The translations under genes and the position numbers were made by a program. Under the pieces are notes generated by a model. The model was not told where the DNA came from and did not search any database. It worked only from the letters and a program-made list of their open reading frames with translations. DNA of 63,624 nt, the filler included, from Reticulomyxa filosa (taxonomy: Eukaryota > Protista > Foraminifera): assembly GCA_000512085.1 (NCBI GenBank). It is 26 parts of 26 records of this genome, joined end to end, with 100 filler letters (N's around TTAATTAATTAA, not from the genome) between each part and the next. Parts side by side here need not be neighbours in the genome. Positions count along the whole stretch, not along the records: positions 1 to 3,659 come from ASPP01041271.1; positions 3,760 to 5,751 come from ASPP01001862.1; positions 5,852 to 6,952 come from ASPP01028590.1; positions 7,053 to 9,163 come from ASPP01002687.1; positions 9,264 to 10,291 come from ASPP01010559.1; positions 10,392 to 11,719 come from ASPP01029701.1; 20 more parts are not named here. One strand, given 5' to 3'. Shown one piece after another: positions 1 through 11,295 of the stretch. Position 1 is the first letter of the stretch. Every line of letters starts with the position of its first letter.

Positions 1-2258
1 AAAATTAATAGTGATAACTACAACAAACACTTAACAAATTTGTAAAAATTAGTAACTTATTATGCAATGTCAAATAAAATAAGTTAAGTTTTATATTTAT
101 TTTATTATTTTATATTTTGAAAAAAAATAATTAAATAAAAGATGTAAATTAATTAGAAAACAATATATTAATTCAATTAACTGCAACAGTAAAAAGAATA
201 AGTTGATTAAAATGAAAATAAATACAAATTAAAGAATTACAAAATTATATATTTATAGCTACTAAAAAATCATTTTATTAAATAAAATATATTATATTGA
301 TTAATTAGTGATATATTTTATATCATTAACAAGTATCAAATAATTAATAATCATTGGAAGCTAGAAGCTTAAATTATGATAAAATAGCTATCGCTAAAGT
401 GAATATACACAATGTACAAAATACATATCACATGACGACATGTCAAAATCATTTATCATCCAACAAAAGTAAACTTAGTGCATAGTACGAAAGCAAACTT
501 CAATATATGACTAAAGAAAACCTTGTGTAGATGCCGAATGCATCCAAGTGCATATATCGATGAAAACTCAAAAGAAGAAACAAATGATTGTATTATGTCC
601 ACTAACAACTGTAATCATCAAACAAGTCATAAAATCGTAAATAGCTTTCAATTAATTATTGTCCTTTAAGACTAACAAATATCGAAGTAATTTGATGTTT
701 GTTTCATTGTTTGTTTGAATTATATTTAGTTTTCTACAATCTTTATTTAGCACATATTAAAGTTTTTGCGAAAGCAGCAAGTTGGATCAAAGTATTTCTT
801 TTTTTGAATTGTGAGTTACTGGATCTCTCCAGTAGATTTGGAGACTTTGTGATACCATCCGGTTTGATCAAAATCTACGTTGGTATTCCAAAATTTGATA
901 AAGAAATATTAATATGTTTTTGGTTATTGTTGTTTTATTGATTACTTTGTAAGACATTGTAATTTTAGTACTGTATTCATTGTGATTGAGGTGCTTGGTT
1001 GCGATGTTTTTCACTTTCCTTTTTCGTTTTGGAATTTCAATATTACAACTATCAGCTAAAAAAAAAACACATAAATAATAAAAAGATATAACTAAATTAT
1101 CAATTAGCATAAAACTATAATATGAATTAATTATAAATTGACTAATGATATATTTTAGCGTTGCGAAAATTGATATTTGAAAGTTTAACGAAAAAAACAT
1201 ATATTTTACATGAAAAAAAAAATCATTATAACCATAAATAATAATTACTGTTATAAGTATGTATCACTTGAAAATATGAATCAATATAATATGTTTTTCA
1301 GTTTTTTGGATAATGTAAAAAATAAATAACTTGTACCAATATGTAATCACTAGCAAATCAAAAACAAAAATTTGTATTTTTCGAGGCAAAAATGTCGTAC
1401 AAAGCAAGATTTCCTTTTAGTTGGAATTTTCATATTTTGTTTGTTGAACAAATTCAAGATTGCAGTTGGCTGACCAAATCTAGTAATCGCATCAATCTCA
1501 AATGGACGATAAAGATAACATTTCTCGCAAAATCAAGAATTTTTTTCTATGTGACAACTTCAAATGAAAAATCTTGGACTTAAACGTTTTTGGACCATTT
1601 GTTGTTTAAACTCGTCCAACGAGAATCTTGTCGCACTGAACACATTAATGTTGATAAACAAGGATTGCAACAGAGGATATATTTATACAAATCATAGTTG
1701 AAGCTACAGGCATTGGAACTCGTTCTTATCAATGCCAAAGAGGTGAACGGTAGTTCAACATTTAAGCACTTCATGTCTGTATTGAAACCTCTGTTATTGC
1801 ACGGATACGTGGCCACAGGGTGGGGCATAAGGAAGCTTATATATATAGTCTGCTGTACTTTTTTCACAAATTTTCTTGGCAACACTATTTGACAAAAATT
1901 GTTTTGCGATTTTGTTAATGATCTATCAGTAACTTTTTTTTGGGCTGGCTTGCAAAAGTCTATTTTAAGTTTGTTCATTCACTTTATTCTCTACAATATT
2001 TCCATTTTTTTCTACATTTTTGTCGATTACAAACGTTTTATTCCTACAACTTTTTAGTATACATTTTGCTGTTTTATGAAGAACTTCAATCAAAAATATA
2101 AACACAAGAGGACAAATAAAAATTGAAACAAAAAAAGCAAGAGTATGGTTATCAGCAGTACATAAATAAAAAGAAAAGCGTGGGGACAAGTTTCTCTTTT
2201 TTTTTTTTTAAGATTGGGAAAAAAAAAGGCAAGTTAGCATAACACAGGAGCTATAATA

Positions 2259-3601
2259 ATGAGTCAGCAGTACCAACTAAAGACTTCAGATGCAGTGGCG
2301 TTATCGTATGGTATTGGAACTCTGTTTTCGTCTGTGTGTATGTGCGGGATATTGGGTTTTACCTGCAAGCAGTTCCGGAGGCAAGGCAAGGGAGTATACG
2401 AGTACCGTATGACATTGCCAATCTTGGTATCAATGGTATGTGCATTAATGTTTAATGTGATCGGAGTATCGATGATGACAGACGTGTTCGTGCCAATATC
2501 GGATGTAACGTGCAAAGCAGCATATCCAGTGTTGGTGCCATGTTTTTTCTGGAGCAAGATTTCATTGTATTGGGCATTGATGGGAAGACTGGAGCTTATT
2601 GTGCGTCCGACAAGGTACCAAGTGAGTGCATGGATAAGTTACAGCTACCGAGCATTCAGTTTCGTGATACTCCAAGTGTTATGTGGATTATGGTTATACG
2701 AATCGTGGATTGACATCGAAGGGCATTCAGCAGGACCAAAGTATCATTTTTGTTTTCCCATTCGAGTGCGAAATAAATCCCTAGCCTTTCACGTGTTCGA
2801 GCTGACCGTATATGTGGACATGTTATGCGGAGGTTTTGTCTCCGCCATGTACATTTATCGACTCTTCCAAGTTAGTGCCGCCATTGACCAGCAGGAGGAC
2901 ACTAACTCTTTGTACCAGCTCATGGACGATCACGCCAACAAAAGGCCCTTTGGAAAGAGCACTCTGTCCATTCGGTCACTCAAACACAGAATACTACAGC
3001 CCACGTCACATAACGCACGTCTCATCAAAACCGTTCGCAAGACTGCTGTGCTGGCACTTGTTGGTCAGTTATTTTTTTTTTTTTTTTTTATAGCAAAAAA
3101 GTATATAAATGTATAATATCTATATCTAATATATATATTAGATATAGATATTATACATTTATAAATTCTCTATATTACGTATACTCAAAATACATAACAG
3201 CAACAATCAGCTTAGCGTCCGTGTATTTGACCACTACTTATGTGCTGAGACAAGTAGGCTTCTTTTCTGGAGTTGATACCGTCGTTGCCTCTCTGTCACT
3301 TATGTGCATGTTCAAATTTAGCGACAAATTTTATTCCCATACCTTTGGCCATTTGGAAAAACTGTGCTTATGCATTTGCTGCTGCGGCACTGCTTCTTCT
3401 TCACCTGCTCAGTCCAAAGTCTCCGTCAACAGTCCGTCTGCCAACTCCAGGCTCAAAGCTTCTGCCAACAGAGACACCTTCTTGACTGTACAACCGCAGC
3501 CAATGCATCATTCCACTACTTCACAAGAACTATCTCTTCCTTCCATTCGTGATTCCACAGACACTCATTCAAATCATTTGGAAATGACTTCATTCGACTA
3601 A
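2259..3601 (+). CDS. Orphan 7-transmembrane (GPCR-like) membrane protein, 2 exons (2259-3063, 3201-3601), about 401 aa
   Basis: A GT..AG intron at 3064-3200 joins ORF 2259 and ORF 3221 in frame (phase 1). About seven hydrophobic segments, a Cys-rich juxtamembrane patch (CLCICCC) and a Ser-rich tail. Confidence 0.75.
3104..3163. repeat. 60-bp perfect palindrome inside an intron
   Basis: tataaatgtataatatctatatctaatatatatattagatatagatattatacatttata equals its own reverse complement. Confidence 0.95.
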
Positions 3602-3628
3602 TATTGCACGAACACAAATGTTTATTGG

Positions 3629-3659
<31 letters not shown>

Positions 3660-3759
3660 NNNNNNNNNNNNNNNNNNNNNNNNNNNNNNNNNNNNNNNNN
3701 NNNTTAATTAATTAANNNNNNNNNNNNNNNNNNNNNNNNNNNNNNNNNNNNNNNNNNNN
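3660..3759. other. Artificial contig-joining spacer (N44-TTAATTAATTAA-N44); first of 25 identical spacers
   Basis: The same 100-bp pattern recurs at 5752, 6953, 9164, 10292, 11720, 13255, 14419, 16043, 17284, 18952, 25159, 33239, 37550, 40225, 44156, 46454, 47668, 51517, 52734, 54204, 55470, 57039, 58480 and 59617. TTAATTAATTAA puts stops in all six frames. Confidence 0.99.
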
Positions 3760-4082
3760 TTTTTAATATTTTTTAAATACATATACAAAGACTTCCAATG
3801 AGCATGGACAAAGAATCTGGAGTAACTTTGTTACGAATAAGCAAGAATTTGCATTCTCGCTCGAACTTGACGTTAAGACCACTATTATAGCACATTCAAG
3901 ATTTCCAACACATAAAAACAATAATTTATAGATATGATCGATTTTGCAACTTTTTAATAAAAAATTATAATATTTGTTTTTATAAGTCATGTTATTACAA
4001 AAAATTTTAAAAGGATGACTTTTTGACGTCCTTCAATCTATTTAAAAAAATCTAAACTTCATAATTCCTCAATATTAACAAC

Positions 4083-5751
4083 ATGAGCAACCAAATCTTT
4101 CAAAATTTGAAGGAGTTGTCTACTCCACTTTTTCAAGCTCAATGTGTGACACACAAACACGAAATCCTCATTTGTGGAGGTAATGAACAAAGAGCTTGTT
4201 ATTCTTATCATACAATCAAAAACGATTATAAGTTTATTTGTGAGTATCCAAGTGATGTTGGACTATATGAACATTGCGTAGTAAAAATGGTAAATAATAA
4301 CAAACACAGTAATCAAGTCACTTTGTTGTCTTTTGGTGGAGGACATAAATACACATTGTTGATGAAATATGTAAGTGTTTGGAGTAATAGATCAAACAAT
4401 CATAATCAATGGATTCCTTTCACAGACAACCACAATCACCCAATTATCATTGGAAAAGATGAAAATCACTACTATATTGGAGTGCGTGCAGTGATTGGTG
4501 GAAGCAATGGTAATCTGTTATTTATCACTTATCCAAATAATATTAGTGTATTTGATTTAAATACATTTCAATTTATTAAACATGATAAATTACCAACTAG
4601 AACTTATATCCAATTTCATTGCTTTGTATCAAAGTCAGAAAATAGACAAGGACAAGAAATAATGAAAACAAATCAAAAAAAAATAAACAAAATTATCAAA
4701 TGCTGTTGTTTTGTTTCAAGACAGGTTTATCAATTGAATATGATGAAGATAACAACACTTTTCAATTTCATCAACTATTTGTTTGTAATGATCTTGCATT
4801 ATTTAATAGATATGCATATGTATATATCAATGATACCATTTTGTTCTTTGGTGGGAGTAATTGTAATGGCAGTGTTGTTTCAAATTCAGTGCACAAGTAT
4901 TCAATACGAGAAAAAAAATGGATGACATTTAAAGATATATTTCCTGTTTTATTGTATAATTGTTCTGGGGTATTGAATGAAGACAACAATCATATACATA
5001 TTATTGGAACATCGGCACACATGAAAATAATAGTGGATGAATTGTTAGGTTATATACAGGTAAAGTTCATTTTGTAATTAAACATACAATAAATTTTATT
5101 ATATGAAACTGATAAAAAAACAATCAACAGCCAAAAAACGAAACAAAATTTGTTATTCAACATTGGTTTCGAATTTTAAAGATAAGATTAGGATGGATTA
5201 ATGATTTTAATAAAATTATTATCAAATATGTTAAGTAATGTTTTTTTTTTTACATTTAATGACCGATAAATTATGTGATTCACATTTTTAAATAGGTAAG
5301 AGGTTTTGAATTATTAACGATTTTACGAGGGCATGGCAATACAGTAAACAGTGCAAGATTTTCTGCAGATGGTCGCAAGATTGTTTCGGCGTCATATGAT
5401 CACACTGTTCGACTATGGGATGTTATATCAGAAAAACAAATTCAAATTTTCAGAGGACATACTGATCGAGTATTTGCTGCAAGATTTTCACCAGATGGAA
5501 ACACTATTGTTTCATGTTCGGGTGATGGGACAATTCGATTATGGGACATTAATACAGGAAAAGAAGTAACGAAATTAAAAAATGATTCCAGTAAAATATG
5601 GGATGTAAACTTTTCTCCAGATGGAAGATATATTGTGTCAAGTTTGCAAGATAATACAATACGATTATGGGATGTACATTCTAGAATAGAGATAAAACAA
5701 TTGTCAGGACATTTAAGAGATGTATTGAGTGCACAATTTTCATCAGATGGT
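4083..5751 (+). CDS. Kelch-like beta-propeller plus C-terminal WD40-repeat protein (3' partial; frameshift in an A-run near 4680)
   Basis: Kelch-like GG motifs (ILICGG, LLSFGG, ILFFGG). Introns at about 5060-5130 and 5235-5295. The last exon reads LRGHGNTVNSARFSADGRKIVSASYDHTVRLWD...FRGHTDRVFAARFSPDG...IRLWD, i.e. WD40 repeats. Confidence 0.8.
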
Positions 5752-5851
5752 NNNNNNNNNNNNNNNNNNNNNNNNNNNNNNNNNNNNNNNNNNNNTTAAT
5801 TAATTAANNNNNNNNNNNNNNNNNNNNNNNNNNNNNNNNNNNNNNNNNNNN

Positions 5852-6064
5852 ACTGTTGTTTTGCTCTATTTCCAGACTTCGCAATGCGTTCTCAATCATT
5901 GGTAATACAAATGCCAAGGTCTTCACAGAACCCGTTTTTGCTCTCAGCAATATTTCCTTTTTCTCCAATGCTGGCACTACCGTTATGGTTACCAACCCTT
6001 TTTTGTCAACGCTTGCGATCCAAACCAAACGTTTTGAAGCTCTCATTTTTTTATTTTCTTCCAT
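5852..6064 (-). pseudogene. DEAD-box RNA helicase N-terminal fragment with degenerate motif I
   Basis: ALEKKEILLRAKTGSVKTLAFVLP resembles AxTGSGKT but has Gly->Val. The Q-motif region is unrecognisable. Truncated by the contig end. Confidence 0.6.
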
Positions 6065-6410
6065 TTGGATTTTTTAAGTTACACAATATCAAAATTACTT
6101 TTATTAAAAAAAATTTTAAACAATATATGTCCTTTTGAACGTTGTTGGGTGCTCATAAAACAGCAAACAATACAAGCTTAAAAGGATATCTCAATGTCAC
6201 ACATTTTGGTTTCCTCTTTCAGGACAAACTTGCTTGGTACAGTCGCAATGAAATACAATGAAAAGTAATAATAGATTGAATTACTGGAACTGTTATCTTC
6301 TTTCAAAGAAACTGAAAAAAAAAAGTGCTCAAGGTTTGGTGGAGACTGAAAGGTTTTGCGTATGGCTCTGAAACTACTAACAAAAAAATTAATAAAACAA
6401 TAAGATAATA

Positions 6411-6952
6411 ATGTTTGAGTTAGATCAAGTATACTTGGTAGGAAAGATTACCAGTAAACCTAAGAAAATGGACAATCTAGTAGAGCTAAAACGATTGACA
6501 AATTTATTGTTAGTGTTAGGACTGTTCGGCTGGAATCTAACAGACGCAAATGTGAAGTGCAAGCAGTTGCACGTGACGGAAGATGTGATAATGAGTTTGT
6601 TGTCGGACGACTCGTTTATTTGCCTGGGTCGAAATAGGGACGGACTTTTTGGGAACAATTTGGTGGGAGATGAAAACATTGAATTTTGTGTAAACACGTA
6701 TTTCAAAGAAAAAGGCCTGCAAGTGGAGCGAATAATGTTTAATACGTTTGAGAGTCCATATATGTATGCGATTTGTCGAGACTAAACAAAGACAAGAGCA
6801 GCTAGCAATGTTCTTCTATACGCATGGGGAAGCAATGCGGAAGGTAAGTTGTGTGTGTCGAGTGACACTCAAAGTCGTCTAGTGTCCACCACACCGATTA
6901 ATTTTTTCCAAGAGGAGCTAATAACCAAGCATGACTTGGAATACCTAGAAGA
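6411..6952 (+). pseudogene. RCC1/BLIP-II repeat protein with an in-frame stop (3' partial)
   Basis: LGRNRDGLFG and, after an in-frame TAA at 6783-6785, LYAWGSNAEGKL are RCC1-type motifs in the same frame. Confidence 0.6.
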
Positions 6953-7060
6953 NNNNNNNNNNNNNNNNNNNNNNNNNNNNNNNNNNNNNNNNNNNNTTAA
7001 TTAATTAANNNNNNNNNNNNNNNNNNNNNNNNNNNNNNNNNNNNNNNNNNNNTTGGAGCC

Positions 7061-7255
7061 TTCACATGATTATTGAAAGCAGTACACTTACATGAACTGG
7101 TAGCTCAGTTACATGAAGTTACCACTACTCTCAATAATCACATGAGGTGGCCCCATCTGATTTATTGAAAGAACTACACTTACATGAACTGGTAGCTCAG
7201 TTACATGAAGTTGCCACTTCTTCCAATAGTCAAATGAGGTGGCCCCATATGATTA
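7061..7255. repeat. Tandem repeat of a 92-bp unit (2 copies plus the start of a third); each unit is a long imperfect hairpin
   Basis: The core tacacttacatgaactggtagctcagttacatgaagtt occurs at 7083 and 7175. Arms tgattattga...tcaataatca. Confidence 0.9.
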
Positions 7256-7369
7256 AATGCCACAACATCCCTTCCAACCCTTAAATCACCAACCCTTCAA
7301 ACTCCGCACAAAAATAAAAAAGATAATAAAATATATAAAAAAAGCAAATAAATACGTTATATTTTGTAG

Positions 7370-9163
7370 TACCCTACCGTTGGGCGACCTTGGCTAATTT
7401 AAAAAAAAAAAAAAAAAAATTAACAAATACATTCCTATTCTGATGCTTCTGCGTTGGGTCCGACTTGCGAGTTCGACGACTCATTCAAGGGCAACACTTG
7501 CTTTGATATGTGTGTTGCAACGTTGTAATGCCGCAAATTGGAAATTTATTCGATTTGATTGAACTTGTCAGAGGTTATGGAAATGAAATGCAGCTGAAAT
7601 TTGTCAAACTCAAAGTCGTCGTGAATGATTCGTTTGCATTCTTCTTTCAGCAATGGCAGAAACACATCCACGGGCTTGCGTCCGTCGACTTTGACAAGCA
7701 AAGTATGTTTTTGGAACCATTCGGCCACAATGCTTTCCACTTCATGCAGACTCAGGCTTTGAGGATAGGCTCCATTCATAAATGCCTCCTCGATGATCTT
7801 CTCTTCTGCTTCAACCGAGTCCAACGATTGACTGGTAGTAGCAGTAGCATTGGATGCATCCGATGTTGGAACTGACGTCGCTGCATTTTTGGAGGAGTCT
7901 TTCTTTTCGTTTTGAAAATCCATTTCTTTTTCCATTTGTTTGAGACGTCCGGTGCGAATCAATTGTTTCAACAATGAATCTATAAATGGCTGCATTGTTA
8001 CTGTGTTGTCCTTTGTGTCCACGTGGAAACAAGACGGATGTAAGATTTTGATTTCAATGGCATTTCTTCTTCGATTACACGTAATCGATCACGTTTCAAA
8101 TTGGCATTGAATTCGTCAATGTACTGTTGCAAGCTCGGTGGCAAAGGCACGGACAGTATATTCATGCGGTCGACTCTTCGGTACACCAGCATGTACGCAC
8201 ACTCATTACTGCCACCATATTGTCGAGCGACTGTGGCTTTGTCAATGGGACTCACCATGGAGTCGTTGAAGTCATACCAACATTGGTCGGCATCTTCGAG
8301 ACCAATGCTATACATAATGTGAGTGAGTGTCGCAAAAGAAATACAATACACTTTTATCATTTATATATACATATATGTATATATAAATGATAAATGACAG
8401 ACTTGGTGGATTGCTTGTCTTTTTCCGAATCATTGCTTTCTTTGACTGGTTTCTTGCGTGGTCCTTCCCACATCAAGTCGCGGAGATAAGCGTGGTAATG
8501 TCCGTGATGCGGGGTACCGCGATGGATCACTACTCCTGTCAATACATACAAATGCTTGGAGTTGGGATCGTATTTGCTTGGCTCCAAAGCGTACACTGGC
8601 TCCTGTCTGCTAACATAAGCTTTGGGTTTGGTCAATTCACTGCCCGTCAGCGAATAACTCGTATCTGCTCCCAGTGGTCCCAATCCACCCATGCCAACAA
8701 ACTCGGTTGGCAGTTTCGTCGGCTTGGGCTTCAAGCGCTCGCTCGGCAGATCCACCTATGTGTATTTTACGCCTGCCATTCTCTGCAACGAGTCAATGAA
8801 ATACAAAAACAGTTGTTTGGACTTGTAGATGTGAATTTCAGCTGCCGTGACAAGTCCGTTGTCACATACATACCCTATCTTTATTTTATTGTTGTACACA
8901 GCAACAAATCAATGACAACTTAATCACAATTTGTGTGTTTCGAGCAGAGGAGATGGAGTGGGCAAGAAAAAAAAAAAAAAGCAGTATTTGGAATACATTG
9001 TGGTGATACCTCCTTAAGCGTGCTAAAGTCAGTTCGATTGGACCAATCGTCGGGATCTTTGTTTTTTTCTTGTTCTTGGTTTGCAGATGGATTTGGCGTG
9101 TTATCAATTGGTTTAGTTTTGTCAGTTTCATTTGTGCTCGCACTTGTATTTGCATTGGCATTG
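7370..9163 (-). CDS. Ubiquitin-specific protease (peptidase C19), internal multi-exon fragment
   Basis: His box LYVLTGVVIHRGTPHHGHYHAYLRD, then WYDFNDSMV and AYMLVYRR. A 1-nt frameshift in an A-run near 8063 links to ORF 7546-8022. Boundaries approximate. Confidence 0.88.
8353..8394. repeat. 42-bp perfect palindrome in a USP intron
   Basis: tttatcatttatatatacatatatgtatatataaatgataaa. The ORF track gives the same peptide, YHLYIHICIYK, on both strands. Confidence 0.95.
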
Positions 9164-9263
9164 NNNNNNNNNNNNNNNNNNNNNNNNNNNNNNNNNNNNN
9201 NNNNNNNTTAATTAATTAANNNNNNNNNNNNNNNNNNNNNNNNNNNNNNNNNNNNNNNNNNNN

Positions 9264-10247
9264 ATTGGACGAGGAGCGAACGTAGGGGTGCACGTGGTGG
9301 CGGCGGAGCACCGAACGACGGGACAGAAGCGAGCGATAAAGATAATCCGAAAGAAGCGCCTCGTGAACCGACAGCGATTGGCACACGAGATCAACATGAT
9401 GAAGGAGCTGCGACACCACTCGTGTATAGTGCGATTGTACGACATATGGGAGACGAAGAAGAACTTGTATTTGGTGATGGAGCTGTGCGAAGGAGGGGAG
9501 TTGTTGGAGGCATTGGCGGACCAAAAGAAGGGACATTACGACGAAGACTTGACATGTCATGTGATCCATCAAATCGCGAGGGCCGTGGATTACATGCATC
9601 GAAAAGGGATCGTGCATCGCGATTTGAAACCCGAAAACATTTTATGCGTGCGCAAAGGCTCGGCGGAGCTCGTGAAGGTGGCCGACTTTGGCATATCCAA
9701 ACACATGGAAGATGTGAACCAGACCATGCAGACCCCCGTCGGGACGCTTACGTATATGGCGCCTGAACTCCTCGAAGGCAGGCCGTATGGCAAAGAGGTC
9801 GATAACTGGGCACTCGGCATCATCATGCATATCATGCTCGTCGGATACAGTCCCTGGTCCAAATACTCCAGCGCACTCGAAATACAACAACACATCCTCA
9901 CCCAGGACGTCGAGTGGAAGGAGGAAGACTGGATCCACGTCAGCGAGGAGGTCAAAGACCTCGTCATGCGCCTCCTCGATCGCGACCCCAAAAAAAGGGC
10001 CACCATCAAACAGGTCCTCAAACTCGTCTGGAAAGACAATATCAAGTCCAGCAGCTATCACAACGCCATTCGCAATCTCAAAAAAACCATCTTCAAAAAC
10101 AAAATACGCAGCTTCAGCATGGGCTGGGTCGAACGCAATCCCCATCTTATGAAGCGTCTCTTCCATCCACAAAATGTCGTCTTGAAGGATGGCGATGGCG
10201 ATGAGGATGATGACGATGATGATCATCATCATAATAGCAATCATAAA

Positions 10248-10285
<38 letters not shown>

Positions 10286-10291
10286 TAACAA
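9264..10291 (+). CDS. CAMK-group Ser/Thr protein kinase (partial at both ends)
   Basis: AIK, HRDLKPEN, DFG, GTLTYMAPE and DNWALG motifs. Ends in poly-Asp/His/Asn. Confidence 0.93.
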
Positions 10292-11295
10292 NNNNNNNNN
10301 NNNNNNNNNNNNNNNNNNNNNNNNNNNNNNNNNNNTTAATTAATTAANNNNNNNNNNNNNNNNNNNNNNNNNNNNNNNNNNNNNNNNNNNNATAATTTTG
10401 GAACAACAAAAATGACTTTTTCTATTTTACATGCTCTATGTTTCAATTCTCGATCCATGGATCTCCAAGAGATACTTTCGTGAAAATCTTGAAAAAGAAA
10501 AGAGACTAGATTCTTTGAACACTGACTTATGCTTATTTATTCAATCTTTGGAAATATCTATCTTGGCATGCAAAGTCTTCAAAAGCTTCATTGTGGACAT
10601 GACCATAAAGCAGTACGTTTTCTTTTTGATAATTTGATCGAACTGGGAGAATATCTCAAAATGACTTGTTCTGGATCTAAAATAATGACAAACAGACGCA
10701 AGAATCAAGTAAAGTAGTTTTTTTTTTTTTATTTTATGTATTTACATAATACATTAATGAGATTGTTGTAGTTACCAAACCATTTGCAAGTCACACATAA
10801 TGTGTAGCATCCACATAAACACATCAATCCAAACAGCAGAATTTATTTAATTTTGGAGTCAATTGCAGCAACAACGATGACGACGACGACGACATTTGTC
10901 AATCCTTATTCAATCCAAAGTAAGATTACATTTCATTTTGTCCAAAGTTCTTTTTTTTGTTTGTGGGATTCATTTGATGTTTAAAAACGTATATAATATA
11001 TACATATATGTACATGTATATAGAACTTTAAAAAGTCGAAGCATTTGTAGTTATCATTGCCACCACCACCACCACCACCAACCACAATCACAATCATTGC
11101 CATATTAATCGACAATATACGTATCCACATTACTCCGACGGCGAATACGAATACGAAAACGCGAGACGACGGAGATAAAAACGAATACGAGACGATGTGC
11201 AATCGTAGGAGAAGTATTAGTGCACATAACAATGGGGGGGGGAAGCATTTGCGAACATAGAAAGAGAGAAAGGGAGTGAGCATATTATTTTTAAC

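Noticed and set aside
1580-1978. hAT transposase remnant (DSRWTS resembling TRWNS)
   Set aside because: Single short motif with no other transposase features or terminal repeats.
3704-3715. Regularly recurring TTAATTAATTAA flanked by Ns as a biological repeat
   Set aside because: Artificial six-frame-stop linker. ORFs ending in XXX-LIN and gene adjacency across the spacers are meaningless.
6783-6785. Alternative genetic code (TAA as a sense codon)
   Set aside because: TAA, TAG and TGA all end well-supported genes in the window, and long exons have no internal stops.
7098-7112. tRNA gene (GGTAGCTCAGTT resembles a D-arm/A-box)
   Set aside because: No following GG, no T-arm GTTCRA and no cloverleaf; the motif is the apex of a long hairpin.
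7269-7300. Telomere-like C-rich repeats (aaccctt)
   Set aside because: Only two or three irregular copies, internal to the contig.
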